Positions 1 to 13,221 of a stretch of DNA of 64,000 nucleotides are shown here, piece by piece. The DNA is from Antedon mediterranea (taxonomy: Eukaryota > Animalia > Echinodermata). The notes beneath the pieces were generated by a model, which saw nothing but the letters and a program-made list of their open reading frames with translations, did not search any database and was not told the DNA's origin. The number at the start of each line of letters is the position of its first letter. The first letter of the stretch is position 1. The DNA lies in the NCBI RefSeq assembly GCF_964355755.1, contig NC_092673.1, positions 19,775,648 through 19,839,647 of the forward strand, written 5' to 3'. The position numbers and the translations under genes were made by a program.

Positions 1-3000
1 TGATATAAAATTGAGCAGTAGGAACACATCCCTGGAAAAAAAAAATACAATTTAAGAAGTCGATATTTTAATGTAACGTTTTCAACTTTCATACATAGTA
101 AAAGGGCCACTAACAATGTTAAATAAAGCCTTGTTCGCACTGGACTGGAAAAATGGTAAATTTAACCATGATAGCTTTACAAAGATTTGACCATTGTTTT
201 TTCATGCAGTTAGTTTACTGAGACCATGGTAAGTTTACTGGACTGGCAGTGGTCAGTAAAAGTAAATATTGCATATTGGTTAATAATTTAACCCTGTGGG
301 AATTGTAGCTAGTGTTCGAATTGGACTTTCTTGGTCACTTTAGCCGGTGACTAGGTTAATTTGAACAAATCAAGTCCAGTTTGAAGACTCTAGAGGCAGA
401 ATTACACATTATTTTCATATTATCTCATCAAGTTTAGCTAGAGGTAGATTTGGACCTCATTAGTATTTAGTAAGTATTTTGCAACTAAACATACAAAATC
501 AATGCAGAAAATCAACTGGATTTTAGGAGTGAAAGTTTGAGGAGGTGCGTGCGATATATTTATAAAATATTTAGAGATAATTACACTCACCTCTTCCTCA
601 TTACTGTACCATGTTGATTTACAATAACTGGGCTGTACACTCCCTGCTGGACAGTTGGCGTTGCTAGGGCAAGGCTCAGGTACACAAAATGGACACTGTA
701 AAAGTTATTTAAAGATTGAAAAGAGGAAAAAAAAGCAAGAAATATAATTTGTAAAATGGTGAACTAAAAATAAAACAGGCAGAAAGACAGACTTTCAATC
801 TACAGTAGCAATGGGATCCAACAAAATGTCCCTTTAATAGGGCTGTCCCTTTAATAGACGTGTCCCTTTAATATGGGTGTCCCTTTAATAGATGTGTCCC
901 TTTAATATGGGTGTCCCTTTAATAGATGTGTCCATTTAATAGATGTGTCCATTTAATAGATGTGTCCCTTTAATAGGAGTGTCCCTTTAATAGGAGTGTC
1001 CCTTTAATAGACGTGTCCCTTTAATATGGGTGTCCCTTTAATAGGAGTGTCCCTTTAATAGGAGTGTCCCTTTAATAGACGTGTCCCTTTAATATGGGTG
1101 TCCCTTTAATAGACGTGTCCCTTTAATAGACGTGTCCCTTTAATAGACGTGTCCCTTTAATAGACGTGTCCCTTTAATATGGGTGTCCCTTTAATAGACG
1201 TGTCCCTTTAATAGACGTGTCCCTTTAATAGGGGTGTCCCTTTAATAGACGTGTCCCTTTAATATGGGTGTCCCTTTAATAGAAGTGTCCCTTTAATAGG
1301 GCTGTCCCTTTAATAGACTTGTCCCTTTAATATGGGTGTCCCTTTAACATGGGTGTCCCTTTAATAGATGTGTCCCTTTAATAGGGGTGCCCCTTTAATA
1401 TGGGTATCACTTTAATAGGGATTTCCCTTTAATAGGGTGTTTCTTTCATAGAAGTGTCCCTTTAATAGGGGTGTTCCTTTAATTGGTGTGTCCCTTAAAT
1501 AGGGTGTACCTTTAATAGGGGTGTCCCATTAATAGGGGTGTCCCTTTAATAGGCGTTGGCTGTAGTGTTAAAACATATAAGACACTCGCTTCACAGGAAT
1601 ATTCTAGAATTTAACGTTAAAACTCTGCCTACACTCATACTAATTTGGCCAAAAAGTGTGATGTGCCCTAATATGATAGTTTTATGACGTCACCATGTCA
1701 TGTTGTCATTGTAAATTGAATGCAAAATCGCAATTTATCTTACTGGACAGAAGTAACCTTGAGGGCACTGAATACAGGATGTCTGACCAGTCTTGTCCTG
1801 ATACCAGCCTTGATGGCACACAGCACATAGATTGGTACTGGTGGATGACTTGTGGTATCCTTTAGAGCACTTTGTACAGTTTGTGGCGTGGATTTCATTT
1901 GCCTCATAGCCTGGCCCACAGCCTGAACAACTACAGTGGGAACAAACAAAAAATCTTTAACAAATAAAATTACTATTTTAATTATTACTGTAATGTAAAA
2001 AACATTTAAGACAATGTAATGCAGTAAGTTACATCATCCTCAAAAAGAAATTTTGAATTATACTTAAAGATGTATTGTCCCTTTGACTAATCCCAAAAAA
2101 AATAAAAAATTAAAGATTTCGAAAAAAGGTGGGTCATTTTGAAGTATCATAATAGTTATTAACTATCACCAAAAATTTGTCGAAAAAAAAATCATTTAAC
2201 TAAAATACAGACGTTTTTTTGTTTAAAAAATAACTTTGACTTCCAGTCAAAGTTTTCCATCAAAACATATCCCATAATGAAACGCGCTTGTTTCGCTACT
2301 CTGTATGCATATTTCATAAAACTTCTTTACGATCTGTGTGAAAATACCTTCTCAACTGTGACGAGTTGTAAATAATCCTAATTAGCATATGCAATATGCG
2401 TACTCGTGGTTTGAAATCTTTGTTTACTTTCGCTCGCGACAATTTTCCAGACGAAATGTTATCAAACTAATTTACCTGTTATTTACGTAAACTTGTTGTT
2501 TTGGCTCGAATTTTCGACTTAAGGTGAATAAATTTAATATTACTTTGATATGGCCAATTTAAATTTAGAATATTTTGACCATCATTTTTTTGTGTTTCAA
2601 GGGACAATACATCTTTAAATAGTTTGTTGCTTTATTTTCTTATATAATTATTGTGAATTGTTTTATCATTCATTGCTAGTAGGCCTAGTCTAGGCCAAGT
2701 ATGTCTTCTAAAATAGCTAATAATCCTGTCGCTTCCAGAGTGTATTTTCAATTGCCTTTTTTATTTGATTAAATTAAGATACAGTTCGTGATTTATACCT
2801 TTTTTCTTCTTTTTTTTTACGTCAATTGTTGGTTGGTTTATTTTCTTGTATAAGTAATTGTTAATTGTATTATTACTCATTGATGCTAGAGTTAAAAAGT
2901 TTAAAGTACATGGGCTTGTAAATAAAGTTAACTATACAAAACAAACAAGGCTAAACGATGTCTTTGTTGACTCATGATAGTAATAGCTAATGGTATTTAC

Positions 3001-6000
3001 ATACAGCACCTATTGAGTATGCCATTATCAATATAGCTTACATAACGCATGTTGATACTGTTGCTAGTAGCACTTAATATAAAAACATACATTTGGGGAC
3101 AGATAAAGGCCAACAGAACTTTATATAACAACATTTCTTATACCCAGTTAGAGGGAAGGATATACTGTAGCTCAAATTATTAATATACCAGGTGTACTAC
3201 AAGTTAAAAAAACTAGTGCAGAGATGGCTACCATTACATCTTATTTAATATGCTAGTAAATATATGCTATATACCGATTAATTTGAATAATAATTTATTT
3301 TTAAGGAGGGTTTTTAGAGGGGCATTTACCATTTACCATTTACTTTTTGTACCTGTAATATGGTAACATGTATAATCAAATAAATTTTCCCTAAATATGA
3401 AAAAAATACAACACAATTAATATCAAGAAGTGATAAAATACAGTAAAATTTCTATCAAAATGCTTAGTCAATTGTAGATCATAAGTCAATGAATTTTACT
3501 AAAAATTTAAATGCTGTAATAATTGTGTGTATACTGTTTTATTGAGTGGGGCATTTATTCAAATGATATTTTATACAGTAGAACACGTCCTCTCTGGGAC
3601 ACTTGCACATGAAACTAACAAAGGGCTATAAATGTTTCAAACACTATGGCCAACCTCTATTGAGGGGACACTTTTGTGGAGTCCTGAAGGTGTCCCTTAA
3701 CAGGGGTTCTACTGCATATGTAAATAGGATAATATTCAGGCCAGCAAACTTTCACTATTATGGAAAAAAATAATGGTAAGTGATTGTTGGTTCATTCAAC
3801 CATGGAGGTACCTCCATGATTCAACTTTGAAACAGAAAGCATACTATTATGTATGACATACAATACATACCTTTGGCAGCCAGACACATTGCAATATGAC
3901 CCAATTCTACATGGTTTACACTCTGTCTTTCCTAATTCATTCTGGTAATAACCACTACTGCATGAGGTACAATTGATTGTTGCATATTCTTCACTGTAAT
4001 ACCCTGTAAATAACCAAATATAAACACTTTTACATAGAAAAAAAAGACAAAAATGATGCAATAAATTTTGATAAAAATGAAATTCAACGGAAAAACAACT
4101 TCGAAATCGAAACTTCAGCTGACAAATGATACAGAAAAAAACAATTTAAAATTGTGCAACATATTAACTATTATACCATTTGTTTTTATAATATTATTCA
4201 TTTTTTTCCTGTCTTTTTGAAGGTTGAACTTCTATTGTTCTGAAATTAAACATTAACTGTTTATGAGTTAACATATGTTTTTCTTAAATGCATAAGGTCA
4301 CATTTTGGAAAGAGAATATCATGAGTTTTGGCATTGTTTTGAATAGTCTTACTTGAAAAACTGTTCTTACCCTGACAGGCCCCTTATTTGAAAAACTGTC
4401 CTTACCCTGGCAGGCCCCTTATTTTATTCAGGGAAGAGTGAAATACACTCTTCACTGTTTAATTATACGTTTCCTTAGCTCTGTCTGCACTATCAAACTT
4501 GATGTGAGAAAAAAATGTGATGTGCCCAAATATAGTAGTAATGTGCCCAAATATGGTAGTGATATAATATCATCATGCCCATATATGAGCACATCACATT
4601 TTTTTGTCACATATAATTTGATGGCGTATACATAGCTTAATACCTACCATAAAAGCACGGAAGACATGTTTTGCTGGCAGTTTTATTAGCATAAAAACCA
4701 GGAGCGCATTCTTTACATGTTTCACTACCTTGTCTGTGTACAAAATATTGAGACATATATATTCTAATTAACAACATAATGCTAATATTTTCTTATATGT
4801 TAATTCAGTAATTCATATCAGGCCTAGGGGTGGGTCCCGGATTTTGATCTGCCAAGACCTTAGGTATTTGAGCCACAGCCACCAAGGTCCCACTCCTCCC
4901 CCTGCCACCCTCCTATATGGTGGGGCCAGTGCCAAACCTAATTTAGGTAAATGGCATCCCCTCGCACATAAAATTCGTGATAAATGCCACTTCCCACTAA
5001 ATTTGTTGGCCCAGAAATTACAATTCAATGTATCATCCAGCAATCAGCAAAATGATTATACTTTTTCTGCCGTTAAACACACTAGTGACATAACATTTTT
5101 GCATATGTTAGAGATGTGCATGTTCTTTGTGAATGGTTGATGGTTTTCCACACAGAGTCAACAGTTTTTTGTTATACATTCAATGCGTAGTCATGATTTT
5201 ATATTAAAAAAAAGAGAGGCTTAAAAGAAAAGGCTGTTGAATTTTAGTGGCTGCTACGGCCTGTCCGCACATGAGAGGACAGTTACAGACCACCATTAAC
5301 AAACAAATTGTTGTATTTGTTGTTCCATTTGCATTTGTTAGTTGAATAGAATGGACAGAATGTCTCTCCCACGGCCCCCCCCCCCCCTCCTCAGATATGA
5401 ACAGAATAACTACTAATCGCTTTAAATACTCACTCGATGCTTGAATGACCCAAGTTACAGGGGTTACAGTCAGTTTGTCCCGTTTCATTTTGAAAGAATC
5501 CTAGCCCACATAACGTGCAATGCTCACTTCCTGTTTCATTGCTATAAGATCCTGCATGACATTCCATACAATGCTTAGTCTTTTCTGTATCAGCATAGTG
5601 ACCCTTACCACACAGTATACAGGATGTTTTACCAGAAGCGGGTTGCTCATGGCCTTTTGGGCAATTTATGCAAGTGACTGTAGAAGTGGCATTTGTGAAT
5701 GTGCCAGGGTCACAGGCCAAGCATTCATGAAGACCCTTCTGATTAGCATAATATCCAGGTGTGCAATCAGAGCAGTTGGCACTACCTGTAACACTGTGAC
5801 AAAAAAAAGGATCTTTTTAAATTTGTAATTCATTATCAGCTTAATAGAATTTGGTATTTACTGTAAAGCCCTGTAAAGAAAAGTCATTGTTCTGTGTTGC
5901 AGTATTTATTGTACTTTAAATTCCTTAAATTCCATTAAATTCAGCTTAAAATTTGAATTTGAACACCTGTTTTCTCTAATATTTATTTATTTATTTATAT

Positions 6001-7859
6001 ATATCACTAATATTTATACTAAAACAATTTATTAAATATTAATTGATATGAGAACAAGTTCAATATTTTAGAATACACTGTAGACTTATGCACTTATTGT
6101 ATGACCTACTATACTAACCCCTGGGAGAGGTGCATCATTTGTCTGTGCGTTATACCTTATGAATACCATGACAGACACAAAAAAAAAAATGACATACCTT
6201 AGGTGACCATTACGCACTCATTTTGACGCACTGTGACCATGTTGTTTATGATATGGTGGGTAGTAAAGTGACACACCATTGTTCATTGATGGATAATTAT
6301 TTGTAAATGACGCAACTCTCCCGGGGGTCGTATAGTGGGTCATACAATTGACAATTAATGACTTACTTGGTAGCTGTTCCTTCTGAACAATTCAAGCACT
6401 TAGTTTGACCAATGTTTGGTTGGTATGTACCTGCCTCACACACTTCACACTGTTTTTCACAACATCCCTTCTGTTTACTATTACTTAATGTACCACAGCA
6501 GTAGCAGTCTTTTACCTCTACAAATTGAAAACATATTGTGTGCTAGAACATGGTTTCAGTTTCAGTGATAATTAATAAAACACTTTATAATACAATGCGA
6601 TTGATTGATTTGATTAATCCAATTTGATTAATCCAACTGTTTCAATATACTTTCACTGAATTCCATGACTCAATAACTATGTTATCTACATTGCTACATT
6701 AAGTAAATTGAAAAAAAAAAGGGGGGGGGGGAGGGGGTTGGTGGTTTTTTTTGTAATAACCTGTGTTTAGTCAGGTGATTTTATTTACACTTTTACTATA
6801 TCTTGTTTTGTATTTATTTGTGTAAAGTAATGATCTACTGTATGTATCGATGTAAATTGGGGTGGGGGGGGGGGGCGGTAGGATAGGGTTGATAGTTGCT
6901 TTTGCCTTTTTTTACTTTTCTGTTAATTGTTATATTTTATATTGTGAAGGATGGTGTGCCACCGATCTAAAGGTGTAATTCCAAATAAATAAATATACTG
7001 TTTGATTGCTTAATTAATTGATTGACAGTGTGATTTTTATTGACTGATTGATTGTCTCACCTTGATTAGAGAAATGGCCAGGTAAACAAAGTGAACAAGA
7101 GCTGTTGTCAAAGGTTGTACAATTAATATTATTATCTTCAGGAAAATCTATTAGGCCTAGGTGTTCAGCAACCGAGGAACTACTTGTTGTCAAGCAAAAA
7201 CCTTCAAAAAATTAAAAAAAACATTTTGTTGTAATCCTGTATAACAAAAATAATGGTACGGTAACAAACATTGATCGATATGATTGATGGTGAACTAGGC
7301 AATGTGAGCATAATAAATAAAAAGTTTTTGAATATAATACTTCAATTTTTATTATATTGTTTTAAGAGGTGTGCACTTCTGTGGGTCTCTCTGTGTTGGC
7401 CCATGGTTTCCAAATTTTTAATAAATAAGAAGTCATGTAATAATAGAGAGTAAGATCAAATGAACAAATAAATAGTTATTAATTATAGGCCTAATTTACT
7501 CACAGACACAGCTATATAAATTAATAAATAGTAAATATTTCAAATATTACCTAAACATTATAAGTGATAAGACATTTATATTTTGGTAACAAATTCTACA
7601 GCCTTCTTATTTGTTACTGCTGTATAAATAAGCCTCCTATTATATAAAATCATATAATAAAGAGCCTGCTGCCTACCACTGCACTATATAGTACATATAG
7701 CATTGAATGGTACCCACCCCCACACAGTGATCACACACGTACGTAGTAAGTACGGTCGGTGAGTAATCAATATTGGTAAGTTTTTATCAGGTAATTTCTA
7801 CACTTACCTTGAAGTAAAATACTAATTGTAATCAATATACACAATTCCATAATATTCAT
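1..7859 (-). CDS. Multi-exon secreted/cell-surface Cys-rich repeat protein (ephrin-receptor-like/GCC2-GCC3/TNFR-type C-x2-C-x2-G-x-Y repeats); 3' end lies beyond the window
   Basis: Exons about 7808-7859 (MNIMELCILITISILLQG, signal-peptide-like), 7041-7201, 6368-6517, 5434-5793, 4647-4730, 3871-4003, 1744-1930, 591-696 and <=32. GT-AG boundaries, with phases consistent at the junctions I checked. Repeats such as CINCPKGHEQPASGKTSCILCGKGHY and CAVCHQGWYQDKTGQTSCIQCPQGYFCP. Confidence 0.85.
128..391. mobile_element. Degenerate MITE, possibly PIF/Harbinger-like
   Basis: Imperfect TIRs AGCCTTGTTCGCACTGGACT ... AGTCCAGTTTGAAGACTCT; internal repeated GGTAAATTT/TTTACC motifs. Confidence 0.45.
801..1564. 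repeat. 17-bp minisatellite (GTGTCCCTTTAAT + 4 variable nt, about 40 units) inside a TA-CAG..CTG-TA MITE
   Basis: Tandem array at about 826-1552, bounded by TACAG (801) and CTGTA (1560). A related motif occurs once in the short MITE at 3573-3716. Confidence 0.9.
2068..2614. mobile_element. Non-autonomous DNA transposon with TTAA TSD and AG..CT ends (Kolobok-like)
   Basis: TTAA-AGATGTATTGTCCC ... GGGACAATACATCT-TTAA. Related copies at about 14948-15790, 24329-24842 (internally duplicated), 26628-26908, 29015-29340, 33333-33620 and 43570-43635. Confidence 0.8.
3573..3716. mobile_element. Tc1/mariner-type MITE
   Basis: TIRs TA-CAGTAGAAC ... GTTCTACTG; internal GGGGACAC/GTGTCCC motifs. Confidence 0.65.
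6088..6352. mobile_element. MITE with ~45-bp imperfect TIRs
   Basis: ATTGTATGACCTACTATAC..CCCTGGGAGAG.TGCATCATTT is mirrored by AAATGACGCAACTCTCCCGGGGGTCGTATAGTGGGTCATACAAT. Confidence 0.65.
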
Positions 7860-8075
7860 GACCAGGATATTTCAGTTGACATGAAGAAAAACGTTATATT
7901 TAAGCGATTTTATTATAACAATAATACATCCACCTCCATATCTCACATCATCAAAACAACATTGCGAAAGTAAAGTTTGATTAAATACTGCCCTCTTGCG
8001 TCCCACCAACTCCGTCCCCAAATACTGTACTATGAAACGCAAAAAAAATGCAACCAGGTAGTCAGCAAAGTACTG

Positions 8076-8365
8076 TACCGTAAATCTTCTAACCCCCCTT
8101 CCATTTTTCTAATAGTAACCCACCTTATAAGTCAATCTATAATAATAACCCATTATTTTGAAAATAATGAGATAATGCATGTTGATTGATGATATGAGTT
8201 GCTGACCGCAAAAGTTAGGGGTGGGTTACTATTTCCAGGTGCCTAAATTAAGATTAGTAATAGTAAACCCACTACTCTAATGGTGACTCCTCTTCTAATA
8301 GTAACCCACCCTAAAAAACAATCAAAGAATAACAACCCAGGGTTACAACTAGAAGATTTACGGTA
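8076..8365. mobile_element. Tc1/mariner-type MITE
   Basis: TIRs TA-CCGTAAATCTTCTA ... TAGAAGATTTACGG-TA; internal repeated TCTAATAGTAACCCACC. Confidence 0.8.
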
Positions 8366-8809
8366 ATTGCATTATAAAAATATGTCCTAATTCAGTTAAT
8401 ATATATCATTTATATCACAATATAAAGCTTGCAACCAATACAATATTTCATATATTGATATGACAAATATATTGACATGATAAAACAATTGTAAATAAGT
8501 TAAAAACGAAAATGGGTTTATCAATATTTTGCTTATTGGACAATGTACAACTCCTCCTAGAGTGGACCATTTAGATTGAATTCATGTTATGTCATGAAGT
8601 TATGATGTCACCACAGAGAATATGCTCCTAAATTTAAAATCGACCTTATATAGAGCAATAAAAACAAATGTACAAAAGAAACTCTGAACTCAGAAATGCA
8701 ATGCAAAGCAATTTATTCTTCCTTTCTTAGCCTTTATAAAATATGTCATTTGAGATGGAAGTCTAGAAATTGTTAAAAAATATTTCTGAATTGAATAGAG
8801 CCCATTTTG

Positions 8810-11800
8810 TTAGCAGTTTCTTTCACCAGGTTCTCGATACTCAAGGCATAAATGTTGGAAGATTTCTCTCTCATCTTTGGCTGTCAGCAGTTTATTCTAT
8901 GAAAAGAAAATAACAATTAATCAAACATATCAAACAATAGACAATTAATCAATAATTAAATCAATCAATCAACAATCAAGCAATCACTGTCTCCACTTAA
9001 AGACGAAATGTATTTTGGATTAAATTATTTGCAATGAGATAATACCATTAAAATATGAACATAAAATTTTAAATTATGAAAAAAAAAATAATATTGAATA
9101 CCGTTGTTTTATCATACAATCCATGACTTGTTAATATCATATTCTTTTCCTTTCTTGAATAATCACGGATTGACCTTATAAACATTCTAGATCCAGTCCA
9201 ACCCAGGAGTGCAAATGGGTACTGACTCGCAGGAACAAAAATCAGGTCCACCCTCCTTGCAAAGAAGCAATTGGTAATAGTTGTGTCGGACTTGTTGATT
9301 GGTTGATCTCTGATTGATTGCTCTCTGATTTGTTGATCTCTGATTGATTGTTCTCCGATTGGTTCATTCAAACATAGAGCATTATCAGAAATGTCCTTTT
9401 CAGTACTTTGCTTTGCTTTGCTAATGTTGTCTAGTGAATTCTTTTTATTTTCACTATTGACATCATTAATATCTGAAACTGCAGCGGCTGATTTTGAAAG
9501 CTTAAAAACACTAAAGCATCTAGCATAATGATCCATGTGGCCTTTGCGAGGCTCAGTTGTCGAATACATCGATTCAGAATAATTGTTTTCTTTCGTACTG
9601 GTGTAGAGTAGAAGATTCAAGCTCTTGAGCTTGTTTAGAAGTTTGTGTAGGAGATCAGCTTCTTTGCTTTCTTCTGGATGTGATATTAATAGATCTACAT
9701 CATGACCATACTCTTTGCCTCTGTAGATTACAAAATATAAAGTGTAAATGTATTTATTCTGGTCCTCAAGCTTTACTGGAAACTGAGGAAATTCGGATTT
9801 AGACCCTCCATAGACCCACGGCTCTTTTCAAATAGTGTACCAAGTTCTTTAACATGCACTATATGTACACAGGGCCAATGGCTTTACATCCCATCCCAAG
9901 GACGAGGCAATGAGATTAAAGCATCTTGCCTAAGGATGCAATCAGTATGGTACAGGTAGGCTTGAAGTCATGCATATCACATGCTAGTCTGATATTATCA
10001 TTACACCTCCCTTCACTCTCGGGTATATGCAGCACATGTCGCTATTCCCAGATGGTCTCCCATCAACACCGGGTCCAACGTTGCTTAACTTTTGTGATTT
10101 GACAAGAATCGACAATATTTCAACTGTATTTCGTAATACTGAATAAACAGGACAAATATGATCCAATGCTTATTGAATGAGAATCAAATTAATGAATAAA
10201 ATGATAAATATATTTCAATGCTTTACTGCTCTTTACAATTGAAAATAAGTAAATAACAAAATATGTATTACCTACTAAAGCCTCCTGTGATAGTAACTGT
10301 TGTTTCTGGTAGAATACGGACAGCTTCATCACAAACTATTTGTCTAATCAACTCAGCTTCCTTTTGCCTGACAGGGGTATTCAGATCACTGTAGTATTCA
10401 ATACCTGAAAAATGAAAAAAAAAATTTTATTTGTAAAAGATTAATATGTATTGTAATGTGTGGAATACTGTAAACATAAAGGGGAATTTCCCTCCTTTCC
10501 CCACAAGGGAATGTCCCACTGTAGGTGCTGACCAGTCGTGTGCGACCTACTAGTTTTTTTTAAATTTTTTTTATTATATATGTTTTTTTGTATTATGTTC
10601 ATGAATGTTGTCTTGTATGTGTGTATTACTTAATATTATTAAAAAGATAAAAATGTTGGCACATTTGGCATTTTATACGTATACTACTTGAGCTTGTAAA
10701 CTATGTATTATTGAGGCAAGTCTAGTGTGTACTGTACATGTAAGTGGTATCCAAACTGACAAGCACCCACTTCTTTTGGTACTATTGAACATTGTAATTG
10801 TGAATGAATAAAGATGAAATATTCTCTATAAAAAAAATTTAAAAATTAGATATCCATAAAAGTAAAGTTAACGTTACAAACCAATTTTCTGTTCTCTTGA
10901 TAGAGAATTAACAAAATGTTTCTTAACATCCTCCAAGGATCGGCACCCTTTATCAAACCACTTCTTAGCTGTTACTGGCCCACAACCAAAAACACCAGTA
11001 AACATCTAGCAATGATAAGTGTATTGTTTAAGTTTCCTATTTACAGTACATTTTTCACAGCACTGCTGTCACAGAAGATGTAAAATGAATCATGTTTATA
11101 ATTACCAGTATAACTTTGTACCATTCACTACCTGCTATTCGTTCCACTTCCGAACAAAAACCCTCGTCTAAGATTTCCTGTAAAACATAACAAAGTAGTA
11201 TTTGGTTTAACTATGGTATAATTCTATGCTGGAGAATAATCATGTCTCCAAATTTTATTTTAGCTAAAATTCGGCAAAATACTTCAATCTATTGTTAATG
11301 CAATCCCAGAATATAATTCCATACAATAAATAAACTGTTTTGTATCAAAGCCCCTGGAACTACACTTGGTGATATACATAGAAATAACTACAGTAGTCTA
11401 GTTTCTACACTGAAATTAGTAAAAAGATAAAATATTTTGGCACATATGGCGTTTCATACGTATAATACTTGAGCTCACATTTTTGTCGTTTTCAGGTGGA
11501 CCAACATAAAAAAGACAACATCAACTACACGGAAATCCAAGAAATAACATTCTTTCAGCACTCCCCATTCAGTCAACCTTTTTAGAACATTTTTATGATT
11601 TTCACCTGTATAACTTGTTTGCAATGCTGTCCACCTTTTAAATCTTTTAAATTCTCGACTTGATTCATCATTTTAATTTCACTTGGATATGCTTTGAGGG
11701 CAGCAGTCGCCTTTCTGAATGCTAAAGCTCGGGCATTATTTTGATCATCAGTTAAAAATTCTGCATGCTTCTCAAGAACTTCCAATGCATCCTGTGAAGA

Positions 11801-13221
11801 GACAAATCAAATTATTATTTTTTTTTCTTTTTATATATTTAGGCAAATTGCCAAGGATAACCATTTAAGCAAATTCATTCACTATCCTTCTGAAAGGTGG
11901 CAATCCTGTTCACAAGACAAACATATACACAAGATGTTATACATTAACAAAGTCTTATTACAAGCCTTTGGGAGTGGAGTTATAAATTGTCATCAGAAAA
12001 AATCCTGACACTGGCAGGACTTGAACTCAGGACCGTTGGATTGCTAACCAAGCATCATAACCACCAAGCCACAACCAATCAATTATGTTGATATCAAACT
12101 GCGCTTACTGTTAATTTGCGATTTGGATGGTGGAAAGGAGTTGACCTCTGACATGCATACTTAGCATTCTTGTATTCAGTTTTCTCGACATTTCTTTCAT
12201 CAGTACTAGATTCATTCTGTAAAGCAAACAAAAATGAAATTATGTGTATTTATTTATTTATTCAAGATCCAACAGTCTAAAGAAAAACACCAAAACAGGA
12301 TTGCCGTAAAATATACATTTGATTTAATTAAAAAAGGATAAGGAAACAAACAAATTTATATATTAATAAATTAAAAATGACATTAAAAGAAGAAGTACAG
12401 ATGTTTACAGAAGTTTATTCAACAATTAATAATAATTATTAATTATTTGATGATTCTAGTACAGTAAATAAGGTATTTCGCCAGTGTAGCATAGCAAAAA
12501 GCTATACAAAACAACCTTATTGCTACACATTTTGAAAATTGTGTAGCAAAAAATACTATACAAAACTATGTTTCTCGACCTAAAAATCAGCTTGATTAGC
12601 AATATTGCTAAACAAAATTTTTAAATGAAAATTTTCCCTGATAAATGTTCATCATCTTACCTTATCTTCATCCTTTCTCTCTGATGGCAGCCTGTATTTG
12701 TCTGTAACTGGAAGTGCACTTTCAGTTTCCATGCAGTCTACAAACCATTGCATCGATAGTATTTCACATGAGGATGGCACAGTGAATACTAATTTATCAG
12801 CCACATGTTCTAAAACCTCATTTTTCGTCTTAAGCTCAGAAACAATGTGTGTTACATTTTCACTAAAATAAAAAAAAAACAATTTTAAAATCATTATTTT
12901 AAAATAAATTTCCTTTTAGTAGATCTGCACGTAACAAAACAACGAACTCAATCAATGTTTCGAACTTTATAATTCAATGTATATCATATTAATATATTCA
13001 GGCGATCCGGTACGAACCGACTCGAACTTTGTGAAGGTTTCTGCCTACCTCATTATATCCGTTATCTCAAAACCTTTCCTGCGCGCTAACTTTTTCATGT
13101 GTTCTAATCTTAGCCTCTGAATTCTAATTGGAATTATAAAAATGGTAACATTACGGAATCGTATACTTGAAATGTCAGTCGAAGTTTCTAGTTTTAATTT
13201 CTTCTTTTTATGGGATAACAT
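8810..13221 (-). CDS. POLM: Family X DNA polymerase, Pol mu / terminal deoxynucleotidyltransferase-like, 9 exons
   Basis: Exons about 13050-13221, 12661-12863, 12109-12217, 11607-11792, 11106-11178, 10881-11005, 10271-10403, 9102-9721 and 8810-8897. N-terminal NLS and BRCT (LARRKGF..SENVTHIVSE..WFVDCM), YACQRSTP, HhH GVFGCGPVTAKKW, TGGFSRGKEYGHDVDLL (catalytic DxD), RRVDL, ALLGWTGS, C-terminal EPGERNC*. Confidence 0.93.
9770..9975 (-). mobile_element. Deu/Nin-domain SINE fragment
   Basis: The minus strand reads CCTTAGGCAAGATGCTTTAA..GTCCTTGGGATGGGATGTAAAGCC..TGCATGTTAAAGAACTTGGTACACTATTTGAAAAGAG, like the conserved Deu/Nin central domain. Similar SINE pieces at about 32560-32720 and 33990-34210. 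Confidence 0.65.
10028..10135 (-). pseudogene. Degenerate 5S rRNA-derived sequence (pseudogene or SINE3 head)
   Basis: The plus strand CAGCAC..TATTCCCAGATGGTCTCCCATC..TGCTTAACTT..GATTTGACAAGAATCG aligns by eye to antisense 5S rRNA, with an internal deletion. Confidence 0.7.
11817..12075 (-). mobile_element. tRNA-derived SINE
   Basis: A box TGGCTTGGTGG, B box AGTTCAAGTCC, A-rich tail; same family as 15146-15395. Confidence 0.8.

Noticed and set aside
826-1552. 17-bp array as CRISPR or telomere
   Set aside because: There are no unique spacers; it is an intronic minisatellite inside a MITE.
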